Shown one piece after another: positions 43,627 through 51,315 of a DNA stretch of 64,000 nucleotides; the stretch's first letter is position 1, and each line of letters begins with the position of its first letter. The stretch spans positions 320,632 to 384,631 of the forward strand of contig JAUYAM010000002.1 in the NCBI GenBank assembly GCA_030693425.1. Direction: 5' to 3'. Made by a program: the position numbers and the translations under genes. This DNA comes from a bacterium. GTDB lineage: Bacteria > Patescibacteriota > Minisyncoccia > Minisyncoccales > GWA2-46-15. A model generated the notes under the pieces. It was not told where the DNA came from. It did no database searches and saw only the letters and a program-made list of their open reading frames with translations.

Positions 43627-43641
43627 ATGTTTATATATTAG

Positions 43642-43764
43642 TTATTTATGCTTTCTTTTGTTTGCCCTAGCTTCAAGCATAAGCCGCTTTATCGCTAGGC
43701 GCTTTTTAGTTTTGTGAGAATGCGATTTTTTATGCTTTCCGATTCCCGTTTCTCTTTTTGCCAT
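43642..43764 (-). CDS. Small highly basic protein, 40 aa (not in ORF track)
   Basis: Own translation: MAKRETGIGKHKKSHSHKTKKRLAIKRLMLEARANKRKHK*. It is co-directional with the zinc-ribbon gene and ends 15 nt upstream of it. The composition resembles a ribosomal protein, but no family was recognised. Confidence 0.4.
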   Translation of the reverse strand: MAKRETGIGKHKKSHSHKTKKRLAIKRLMLEARANKRKHK

Positions 43765-43816
43765 GTGAGTATTTTATTAATGTGTTTAAATGTGGCTTTA
43801 TGCTTCGACGAATACT

Positions 43817-45094
43817 TCATTTTGTTTTGGGCTTCCAGGACAGGTAACGATCCTCGTTGCGAGGTTTCATTCGGAGGGTAACGCTTTTACTGAAGAGTTT
43901 TCCTGTTTTAGATCGAATTACCAGTTCCACATCCGAGTCGCCATGGTTAGACAAGACATACTGGAAATAGGGATCCCTGGAACGATAGAGCGACTGATTG
44001 CCTGAGCGCCCATAGCTGACAATGGGCCAGTTGCTGGCAATCTTGCCATTGATTTTCATCAGGGCATCCCCGGACTTTATGCCTTGTTCTGCTGCCACCG
44101 AAAACGGTTCTACGTAACGGATGACGCGCCAGTCCGAAGGATTAAACCCAAGCCCCAGCCCGCCGTAACGAACGCGGCGCGCATAGCATTTGGAAGATTT
44201 GGCGGCTCGGTCCGAAAACTGGCCCATCAGCTCGTCAAATATAACCGGTGCGATTCCGCGGATATCCGGATTAAGCCCTTCGTGATCCGCTTCGCCAACC
44301 CAGATCAATGGCGGGATTTCCAGTTTTTCGCCTTTCACTAACTTGGCGTGGTTTAGAAAGTTGAGCCTGATATTGCTGTAATAACTGACTGTGGTGTAGC
44401 CGGGCGTCGTCTGCGAGCTTATGACCGGCACCGCTGAAGTGAACCCGCCTACATTCCAGCCGATCATGCCGGTGGTCCAGACATACTTTGTTTCCGTGCT
44501 GGTAACCGTGGTCGGCGGCGTATACTGTTCCTTTTTACCGATAAAGAAATCCATGCTGATGATGGTTTGCGGATCCTTGGTGGCGCGCATCAGCCTATGC
44601 GTCTGCAAGACTTTTTCCAGCTGCAAGAATAGTTCTTTTTCCAGAAGCGGGTTCGTCTTGCTGGTGTAGTCAAAATCAAAGGTCTTATAATCGGCAAGGG
44701 ATTCTTCGGCGTCCCTATAGACCCGGATATTGACTTCTTCGGTGGGAAAGGCAACGGGAAAGAAGTCCTGGGCATTGGAACCTGCAGCCTGGTTCCCCAA
44801 TGTGCTCACAATATTGGCCTCGAAAGTATATGAAGAGTTTCCCATGCTGTCCAACGAATTCCGGATTATATAAATCCTGCGATTTATGCGGCTGAGAAGA
44901 ATAGAGTACACAACCAATCCTATCACCGCATAAACGATATAAGCATCATTTTTCAGGAATATATCAAGGGCATTTTCAGGCCCCTCTGAGAAAATAAAAA
45001 CTGCGACTAGCAGTAATGGGATCGTTATAAAAAGCGCTTTTACAACCCTATAAAACAACAAAACAACTTCTGTAAATGATTTTTTAATAGACAT
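43817..45094 (-). CDS. Membrane protein with C-terminal PDZ domain
   Basis: Two N-terminal TM helices. The PDZ-like region is GLGLGFNPSDWRVIRYVEPFSVAAEQGIKSGDALMKINGKIASNW. Confidence 0.65.
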   Translation of the reverse strand: MSIKKSFTEVVLLFYRVVKALFITIPLLLVAVFIFSEGPENALDIFLKNDAYIVYAVIGLVVYSILLSRINRRIYIIRNSLDSMGNSSYTFEANIVSTLGNQAAGSNAQDFFPVAFPTEEVNIRVYRDAEESLADYKTFDFDYTSKTNPLLEKELFLQLEKVLQTHRLMRATKDPQTIISMDFFIGKKEQYTPPTTVTSTETKYVWTTGMIGWNVGGFTSAVPVISSQTTPGYTTVSYYSNIRLNFLNHAKLVKGEKLEIPPLIWVGEADHEGLNPDIRGIAPVIFDELMGQFSDRAAKSSKCYARRVRYGGLGLGFNPSDWRVIRYVEPFSVAAEQGIKSGDALMKINGKIASNWPIVSYGRSGNQSLYRSRDPYFQYVLSNHGDSDVELVIRSKTGKLFSKSVTLRMKPRNEDRYLSWKPKTK

Positions 45095-45219
45095 GATTTT
45101 TAACTATGAATTATTATTTATGTATTATACGATAATGAAAACAAAATCGCTAACTTGACTCCCCTGGTTGGACAACGCTTAACCCCGTAGTTCCCGCTGA
45201 AAGCGGGATACTACTGGGG

Positions 45220-45498
45220 TTAGAACCTGTTTTGCAACGGAATACAAATATTCCCGTTAAAACACTTATCTTCACCGCAATCACAGCTTTTTACCTGATG
45301 ACTGTTGGTTGGCGAACAACCACAGGCGCCGATTAAACATGAATTCGGAAAATCGCTAGTTGAATTGCAACACAATGATGTCTTAATGCTTCCTCCCGAA
45401 AGCACGCAAGTTTGTTCTTTTTGGGTTTGATAAAACCAAAAGCCTATTCCGATGATGACGGCTGTTATAATTAAGGCAAAGGTGATTTTTTTAGACAT
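45220..45498 (-). CDS. Small secreted Cys-rich protein (92 aa)
   Basis: Signal anchor ITFALIITAVIIGIGFWF, then 12 Cys, including CCNSTSDFPNSCLIGACGCSP and CDCGEDKC. Confidence 0.6.
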   Translation of the reverse strand: MSKKITFALIITAVIIGIGFWFYQTQKEQTCVLSGGSIKTSLCCNSTSDFPNSCLIGACGCSPTNSHQVKSCDCGEDKCFNGNICIPLQNRF

Positions 45499-45523
45499 TT
45501 ATTATTGCTTAATTAATGGCTTT

Positions 45524-45532
45524 ATTCTATCA
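45524..45532 (-). promoter_or_regulatory. Extended -10 TGaTAGAAT after a terminator T-tract
   Basis: Minus strand reads ccgccagttggcggagaggtggttttttGATAGAATaaagcc, 26 nt upstream of ATG 45498. Confidence 0.45.
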
Positions 45533-45780
45533 AAAAACCACCTCTCCGCCAACTGGCGGATAAAAGGCGATTTTGTCAGCTCGCTTAGCGAGACAGCTTT
45601 CGAACATTTAATTAGGAGAAAGCGTTTCCTTCTCCCGAGCTTGTTGTTAGTCAAGTAAGGCAATTATTAGCTTTGGCTTAGTTTACCCCACTATGCTACT
45701 CACTATTGTTTGGGAATAAAAAAAAGAACCCCCTCTCTCTTTGCAGCTTTAACTACATTAAGAGGAGGGGCCTTTGTTCC

Positions 45781-45996
45781 TTATGCGTCATCTAAAGCGC
45801 ATTTATCGGAACAGTAAACTGCGACATGCGTTGGATGAAGCGGTTTATTGCAGGCTGGATTCATGCATCTTCTTCCGTTGGGATGGTCTTTGGGGGTTAA
45901 CCATCCTCTATCATTACATGCCTGGCATCCATTTCCTCCACATCCATCACATTGTACAGAGTCAACCGGATAGGTCTTGTCTTTTGGAATGTCCAT
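45781..45996 (-). CDS. Small zinc-finger protein (DnaJ-type CxxCxGxG-like)
   Basis: SD aaaggag. Motifs: CDGCGGNGCQAC, CMNPAC and CSDKC. Size is 71 aa. Confidence 0.6.
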   Translation of the reverse strand: MDIPKDKTYPVDSVQCDGCGGNGCQACNDRGWLTPKDHPNGRRCMNPACNKPLHPTHVAVYCSDKCALDDA

Positions 45997-46044
45997 GAGA
46001 TTTCTCCTTTAGTAAAGGGCTAGAAAACATTTAACAACATTTAT

Positions 46045-46072
46045 ATATTACACAAACTTTAAAAATTGTCAA
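46045..46072 (-). promoter_or_regulatory. Sigma70-type promoter
   Basis: Minus strand has TTGACA (46072-46067), a 16-nt spacer, then TAATAT (46050-46045), about 45 nt upstream of ATG 45996. Confidence 0.55.
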
Positions 46073-46094
46073 ACAAAAACCTAAAACCTTGAAC

Positions 46095-46440
46095 TTTTTG
46101 GCTCCCCTGGTTGGACAACGCTAAAACCTTGTCCGTCTTTATAAATAGCAAGGATCTTGTCGTTGCAACAAGATCCTTACCCAACTATCCCCTTTGCTGG
46201 GGAGAGGCAAGCATAGGTTTTATGTTGGTCCTTGATAAATCTCGTTCGAATCGAGACGTATCCCTGGACGTACCCTAGGGCACAAATTACTCCATTCTCC
46301 CTCAATGTCTGACTCACGATGTAAAGGTCTGCCGGCGGTGTCTCCTCTCTCCTGCCACCGGGATCATTGAGGTATACCTAGGATTACGAAAAGAGCAAAG
46401 CCTTTCGGTGACTGTTTAATACCGCATTATAAGGTAAACG
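46095..46440 (-). ncRNA. Candidate structured ncRNA of unknown class
   Basis: About 350 nt contain no ORF of 60 aa or more in a genome with tiny spacers, and the region has locally GC-rich stems. Examples are ccggtgg...ccgccgg at about 46339-46368 and aaggatcttgt-tgcaacg-acaagatcctt at about 46150-46178. The 3' end carries the shared module (46100-46134). One segment, GGGAUACGUCUCGAUUCGAACGAG, resembles a tmRNA 5' end, but no tRNA-like 3' end was found. Confidence 0.3.
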
Positions 46441-46551
46441 TCAACATACCGTATTTCTCCTATTCAACAACCAAAAAACCGCCTCTTTGGCAATTTCTTT
46501 ATTCAGTCACGCAAATAGAAAGGAGCGGTCTTCACGATCGCTCCTTCGATT

Positions 46552-46782
46552 TCACGCAGTCATGGCTTGTTTGACCGTCAGCTGTCCGCCACCCCATTTA
46601 AAGTGGATTCCATCCACTTTCTCTGGGGCGATGCCGAAACTGCCGAGGATTTCTGATTTTTCTGCCTTTTCCTCGGCATTATTTCTGGCATAATAGCAGA
46701 GAGTGATTGCTCGCCAAAAGCCAAGTCTTAATCCGCGGAAATCAACACCTCCCCATCTCTCGAGCCAAAAACATTTTAACAT
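46552..46782 (-). CDS. Hypothetical protein (76 aa)
   Basis: A strong SD (gaggaggtaggtc) precedes ATG 46782. No family was recognised. Confidence 0.45.
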   Translation of the reverse strand: MLKCFWLERWGGVDFRGLRLGFWRAITLCYYARNNAEEKAEKSEILGSFGIAPEKVDGIHFKWGGGQLTVKQAMTA

Positions 46783-46902
46783 GACCTACCTCCTCAAGAA
46801 CTATAGAATGTTCTTAGACATTTAATTTTTATAACAATCCTACCATTTGTCAAGACAACCTGCCGTAATGCTTCAGTAGATAGTAATCCCCTGCCAAAAA
46901 AC

Positions 46903-46922
46903 CCTGCCTACCGGTAGGCAGG
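46903..46922. repeat. Palindrome cctgcctaccggtaggcagg, copy 3
   Basis: Identical 20-mer with the same flanks (caaaaaac / cgtctttttggcgatt). Confidence 0.85.
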
Positions 46923-46944
46923 CGTCTTTTTGGCGATTTTCATT

Positions 46945-47103
46945 GGCTCCGCATCGTAGACAACGTTAGAACTATTATCCAGCGACAAAATGAGTATATT
47001 TACATACCAGATCTGCGGTCACAAGGGCAGATCTAGTTTATTGATTGTTACCCTACCCTGCTATATCTCTCCGATGTCTTTGCTTACAGGACGACGTTAG
47101 AAC
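46945..47103 (-). repeat. Shared 3' module split by a 121-bp segment bounded by a 10-bp direct repeat
   Basis: acgttagaac occurs at 46963-46972 and 47094-47103. Joining the flanks gives ggctccgcatcgtagacaacgttagaacctgttta, which is colinear with the uninterrupted 8530-8563 (ggctccgcccatagaacgatgttagaacctgttt). Confidence 0.7.
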
Positions 47104-47193
47104 CTGTTTATGTGTATAGAGGGGTATCCCCTAGTCTGTTTTCTAGAATACTATTATTTAGCTCTCTTATAGGAAAATTGGGATTTTGACAAA

Positions 47194-47538
47194 TTATGGT
47201 TCATAGACCGTTTCAACAGTCATTAGGTTATCAAGGGCCCATCCCATTTCATCGTAAGAACTCCACGCATATTCCTGAGCATCTTCAATATACGAATTTA
47301 CTTCTTCTATATTATTATTGGCTTCTTGAAGAGCCATTTGGTAATCGTATAATTGCCATTCTGAATTATCGTTAGCTTCTTGAAGAGTTATTTGGCAATC
47401 GTCTAATTCCCCTTCTAAATAATAATTATCATTCTCGAGTCGTGTTATTGTTTTATGATTATTCCAAATCCAGATTGTTGCGATGACGATTATTAAAATT
47501 ATCAGTCCCTTTTTGTTATCTTGAGTTTCTATATCCAT
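47194..47538 (-). CDS. Membrane-anchored protein with an acidic repeated segment
   Basis: TM helix GLIILIIVIATIWIW. Internal repeat: ITLQEANDNSEWQLYDYQ / MALQEANNNIEEVNSYIE. The track start is TTG; ATG at 47538 is preferred. Confidence 0.5.
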   Translation of the reverse strand: MDIETQDNKKGLIILIIVIATIWIWNNHKTITRLENDNYYLEGELDDCQITLQEANDNSEWQLYDYQMALQEANNNIEEVNSYIEDAQEYAWSSYDEMGWALDNLMTVETVYEP

Positions 47539-47571
47539 ATTCAAATTATTTATTTTTAATTTATATCAATA

Positions 47572-47802
47572 TTACCACTCCAATCCTTTTTCTATTAAAC
47601 AAGCCCTATATTTTCCAGCCTGATTCTTAGATGCAAAGTTTGGGTTTTCTCCCATAACTCTTAAACACTCTTTTCTTATTTCTATCGGCCTCAAATCGTA
47701 CCAATAGAATAATCCTACTCCAACCAAAATTATTGCAAGAATTAATTTGTGTTTATCTATTAGTGTAATTATTTTCTTAATTTTTTCTTTCATGGGCTTC
47801 AT
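47572..47802 (-). CDS. Small membrane-anchored protein (about 75 aa)
   Basis: A single TM helix (LILAIILVGVGLFYWY) and two Cys. Confidence 0.45.
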   Translation of the reverse strand: MKPMKEKIKKIITLIDKHKLILAIILVGVGLFYWYDLRPIEIRKECLRVMGENPNFASKNQAGKYRACLIEKGLEW

Positions 47803-48001
47803 TTTTACTTTTTAAGATATTAAATATTAAATAGAGCGGAACTACTATAAGCAATAATATTAATCCCTGCCTTACAATTATAAAAACCCAAAGGAATCCG
47901 ATAGAAAACATGTCTTTTATCAAATCAAGGCCGCCTAAAAGACCAAAAAGAATAGTCCAAAATATTATTATGAATATAACTTTGCCGACTTTTTCTTTCA
48001 T
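47777..48001 (-). CDS. Small two-TM membrane protein (74 aa)
   Basis: VIFIIIFWTILFGLLGG and FLWVFIIVRQGLILLLIVVPLYLIF. Confidence 0.45.
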   Translation of the reverse strand: MKEKVGKVIFIIIFWTILFGLLGGLDLIKDMFSIGFLWVFIIVRQGLILLLIVVPLYLIFNILKSKNEAHERKN

Positions 48002-48005
48002 AAGA

Positions 48006-49529
48006 TTACCTCTTAAAAATTCTCGAAAAGAAACTTTTTATTGACTCAAATATTCGGGTAAAAAATCTCTGCTCGGGTTTTTCCTTGGTTGTTTCAGCTA
48101 CTTTCTCAGGAGCGGTTTCTATAACAGAATTAGCAAGCGTCGATATATCCTCTTCAGCTGGTTCACTTTCTACGACCAATTTTTCTTGTCCTACTGTAGG
48201 ATTATTAGTTTGTGGTACTTCTTTTTGCAAAACATCTGTTTTCTGTACGACTGGCAACGGACTTGCGGCTACTGGAGGCATTGTCGGCTTCACTTCTATT
48301 TTTATACATGCTGTTATATTTGAATTCCAAGCGTATCCACTATCGCAGTCACAATGAGAAATACCATTTATCATTCTAACAAGAGCATAATCTCCATAAC
48401 TTAACCTGCAATATTCCGTGCTTGAAATACACTGATTATTGTAAATAGAATACCCACTAGTGCAAGTGCAAGAGTTTTTGTCGCCGTATGAGTTTGCACC
48501 ATACTTTGCTTGGCAACTTTGGGTATATGTTATACAAAAACCATTGTTCGCTGTGTATCCATTATTACAAAAGCATTCGCCATTAACTTTGGAAGAATTG
48601 AGAGGACAGGTTACGGATTTCTCTGGAATAGTATATACAATAGTTTCTTGCGGCTCTTCTACGCATCTATTATTGTCTAAAACATATCCATAATCACAGA
48701 TATTATTAGAACCGAATGTGCGGCTTACGCTGATGACATCACATGTTTCGCTATCGTCTTGAAGGACAATTTTGTCCCAACTATCTAGATCAAAATCTGT
48801 TCCAAGATTGATAACTATCTTGTTGTTTACATATCGTCCGAAGGAAAAATCGTAGCATCCATATCCGTATTTGATAAGGTATTCTCTATAGTCGTAATCA
48901 CTTTTAACAATAGCTTTTCGATTATTGAGATCTAGTTTCTCTACTAGAAAATATACATTATTCTGTTTCTCTACGCATTGATTGGACTCGTCTAGAGTAT
49001 AACCATCGTTACACTCACATTGTTTTGAAAGATAATCATACGAAGAATGAAGTCCATATTTGGAAAAGCAAGATTTACACTCTAATCCTCCTCCAAATTT
49101 TAGAGAAAATTCATAGCCACTCGAACACTCACACTTATCAGTCAAACTATTATAGCGGGAGTTAAAGCCATATTTATTCCTGCACCATTCATCTTCAGAA
49201 ATGCACTGAGTTCTACCGATAATATCTTCTCCTAATACATATCCGATGTAGCATTCACATCCGCCATAGAGGTTATCATAGCGAGACATAACTCCATATT
49301 TGTCTCTACATAATTGGTCCGCTGATACGCACGATGTATTCCCAAAAATATCTTTACCGAATACATACCCACTCATACATTTGCAGGTGTTTGTGTAAGA
49401 TTCATAATAGACCATGTATCCATATTCAGAGCATTCACCATAAGCCATTACGGTGTTTTTTTGTGGAAGAGTGCACCACAACGCAACGAGTGTCAGGATT
49501 AGTAATATAGCTTTAATTTTTTCTTTCAT
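48006..49529 (-). CDS. Secreted protein with about 8 Cys-rich 'C-x-C-x2-GY' repeats
   Basis: Signal peptide. The module C(R/F)xKYGxxSxY..(C)xCxxGYxx...C is repeated: CKCMSGYVF, CECYIGYVL, CECSSGYEF, CECNDGYTL, CFCNNGYTA, CTCTSGYSI, CDCDSGYAW. The C-terminal tail is low-complexity. Confidence 0.75.
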   Translation of the reverse strand: MKEKIKAILLILTLVALWCTLPQKNTVMAYGECSEYGYMVYYESYTNTCKCMSGYVFGKDIFGNTSCVSADQLCRDKYGVMSRYDNLYGGCECYIGYVLGEDIIGRTQCISEDEWCRNKYGFNSRYNSLTDKCECSSGYEFSLKFGGGLECKSCFSKYGLHSSYDYLSKQCECNDGYTLDESNQCVEKQNNVYFLVEKLDLNNRKAIVKSDYDYREYLIKYGYGCYDFSFGRYVNNKIVINLGTDFDLDSWDKIVLQDDSETCDVISVSRTFGSNNICDYGYVLDNNRCVEEPQETIVYTIPEKSVTCPLNSSKVNGECFCNNGYTANNGFCITYTQSCQAKYGANSYGDKNSCTCTSGYSIYNNQCISSTEYCRLSYGDYALVRMINGISHCDCDSGYAWNSNITACIKIEVKPTMPPVAASPLPVVQKTDVLQKEVPQTNNPTVGQEKLVVESEPAEEDISTLANSVIETAPEKVAETTKEKPEQRFFTRIFESIKSFFSRIFKR

Positions 49530-49550
49530 AAACTTATTTAGATTTAAGTT

Positions 49551-49796
49551 TTAAGGCAGAGACTCGCACGCAACACCATCCTTATTCTTATCTAGGTTAT
49601 GATAATCCTTATTCGGCCCCCCGTTCTTAATGAAAAACGCCTGGGCTTCCTCCTGCGTAGAGAAATCCGAACAATCATAATCACCGTATTCGGTGTTATA
49701 AGAAGGTTTTGAGTTTCTGGAAATTAGGTATCCGACAAATATCACAATCACAGCAAATATTCCACACCCCAAAATTATTTTAGTTTTCTTTGTCAT
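49551..49796 (-). CDS. Excalibur calcium-binding domain protein
   Basis: TM anchor, then [17 protein letters not shown]...[14 protein letters not shown] (Excalibur D-x-D-x-DG-x-x-CE motif). Confidence 0.75.
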   Translation of the reverse strand: MTKKTKIILGCGIFAVIVIFVGYLISRNSKPSYNTEYGDYDCSDFSTQEEAQAFFIKNGGPNKDYHNLDKNKDGVACESLP

Positions 49797-49807
49797 GTGA
49801 ATTAAGG

Positions 49808-50131
49808 TTATTTTTTATAAATAATGTAACATACAAATCCTATCCCAATTACTATCCACCAGTTAAAATTACTACTTGAGTCTTTATTAGGGCTATCGAT
49901 GTAATCATTACCTTTATTTGAATTTATACCAGAATTATCAATAGAATCATCGCTTCCACCATGACAATGTCTTTGATTCCAAGCAACCCCCCAATAATCA
50001 CAATTAGTTCTACAATAATGACAACCGTCCGAGGCTGTATTCCCCGGATGAGCAAGAGTAGGAGTGTAGAGAACAAGCAACCCCCCGATAATTATCGTAA
50101 GAATCAAGATTTTCTTAGTTTTTTCTCTCAT
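49808..50131 (-). CDS. Secreted His/Cys-rich metal-binding-type protein (YHYH-like), C-terminal TM
   Basis: [33 protein letters not shown], with the C-terminal helix [15 protein letters not shown]. Confidence 0.45.
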   Translation of the reverse strand: MREKTKKILILTIIIGGLLVLYTPTLAHPGNTASDGCHYCRTNCDYWGVAWNQRHCHGGSDDSIDNSGINSNKGNDYIDSPNKDSSSNFNWWIVIGIGFVCYIIYKK

Positions 50132-50240
50132 AAATTTATCTTAGCCTAATTTACCCTACCCCGCTACTCACTATTGTTTAGAAACAAAAACTCCCGCATT
50201 GGGAGTTCTTTGTTGGAGTAACACTCTTAAGAGAGGTATA

Positions 50241-50495
50241 TTACCATCCTCTGTAGCTTTTATATGGACTTGTAGACCCTCTTTTTCCCGTATAAGGGTT
50301 GTAATTGCCTTGTGTTGAGTAATTATCCCATCTGGTGCTGTTGGGACTTGAGCGGTAATAAGGCTGAACATAAGTTCCCGTGCTAGGCTTATAGTAACCT
50401 CTTACACGAGCCGCTTCTGCGGTACTTGCAAAAAAGGAGAGTCCTCCTAATAAAATCGCTAACGAAAATAAACCTCCGATAATGTATTTTTTCAT
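50241..50495 (-). CDS. Small secreted Tyr/Pro/Ser-rich protein (84 aa)
   Basis: Signal peptide ending STAEA, then ARVRGYYKPSTGTYVQPYYRSSPNSTRWDNYSTQGNYNPYTGKRGSTSPYKSYRGW. Confidence 0.55.
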   Translation of the reverse strand: MKKYIIGGLFSLAILLGGLSFFASTAEAARVRGYYKPSTGTYVQPYYRSSPNSTRWDNYSTQGNYNPYTGKRGSTSPYKSYRGW

Positions 50496-50534
50496 ATTGT
50501 GTATTGTTAATTTTTAAATGTAGACTGTTTCGCC

Positions 50535-51311
50535 CTATTTTTTCTTTTTCGCAAAATAGGAATAAGCCAAATAAATAATCAAACCGATTGCAAGTATAAC
50601 AATTATGCCAATAATATTATTTCCTGTCCCAAGTGTTATAAAACTACTGACAGCGGCGAGGAAAAGATTCGGACTCTCAACGGCAGGAACCTCGGCGGGA
50701 ATTTCCGTCGGTTGTTGTTCTGTTTCTGAAGTTGTTATTTCTGGTGTCGGAGTTGATATGGATGTGGGCGTTGGCGTTGGTTTTAGGGTTAATACAGATG
50801 CAGGTGTGGACGTGGGCGTTGGTGTTGGTGTTGAAGTAAGCATTGGTGTTGAAACAGCATTAATCGTGTAGTTTCCGCTTGTTGAAACTGAGCCGACTGA
50901 TACACCCTCACCTATGATATCAACGCCCGTAAAGCTAATAGAGGCTGTACCGGCATTTCCTGCCCTGGCTGACACTGTAAACAATACCTTGTTTGCCGTT
51001 GTACAACTTGGCACGCCAAGTAAGAAGTAAGGATTTGAACAAGTAGGCAAAGATTGTGGGGTGACATCGCTTGCCACAGTTATGCTTTGGCAAGTTAGAT
51101 TGTTAAAAACTAATGTACCCTCAACTGCGCAAACCTTACTTCCCGAAGCATCAACTCCTACGGACACGCTAAAAGTATCCCCGGCGGTTTTGGTTAAACT
51201 TGCTGGGGAGACATATAGAGAAGAACTCGCGGCAACTACTATTCCGACAAAACCAGCAATCGATAAAAAGATAATTGCTGATAATATAAATTTTGTTTTA
51301 GTGTTTTTCAT
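50535..51311 (-). CDS. Membrane-anchored cohesin-domain protein
   Basis: Signal peptide, then a cohesin-like beta-sandwich pattern: LYVSPASLTKTAGDTFSVSVGVDASGSKVCAVEGTLVFNNLTCQSITV...ISFTGVDII. A Pro/Thr linker (TPTPTPTSTP...) and a C-terminal TM helix plus KKKK stop-transfer follow. Confidence 0.6.
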   Translation of the reverse strand: MKNTKTKFILSAIIFLSIAGFVGIVVAASSSLYVSPASLTKTAGDTFSVSVGVDASGSKVCAVEGTLVFNNLTCQSITVASDVTPQSLPTCSNPYFLLGVPSCTTANKVLFTVSARAGNAGTASISFTGVDIIGEGVSVGSVSTSGNYTINAVSTPMLTSTPTPTPTSTPASVLTLKPTPTPTSISTPTPEITTSETEQQPTEIPAEVPAVESPNLFLAAVSSFITLGTGNNIIGIIVILAIGLIIYLAYSYFAKKKK

Positions 51312-51315
51312 GTTT

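Noticed and set aside
46238-46254. tRNA-like T-arm (tctcg-ttcgaat-cgaga) on the plus strand
   Set aside because: No complementary acceptor stem, D-arm or anticodon arm can be built around it. No other tRNA-like T-loop was found in the window.
46095-46270. tmRNA (ssrA) call on the minus strand, based on the GGGAUACGUCUCGAUUCGAACGAG 5'-like motif
   Set aside because: No tRNA-like 3' end pairs with the 5' end, there is no GGUUCGA-type T-arm, and there is no tag ORF ending in Ala-Ala. It is kept only as an unclassified ncRNA candidate.
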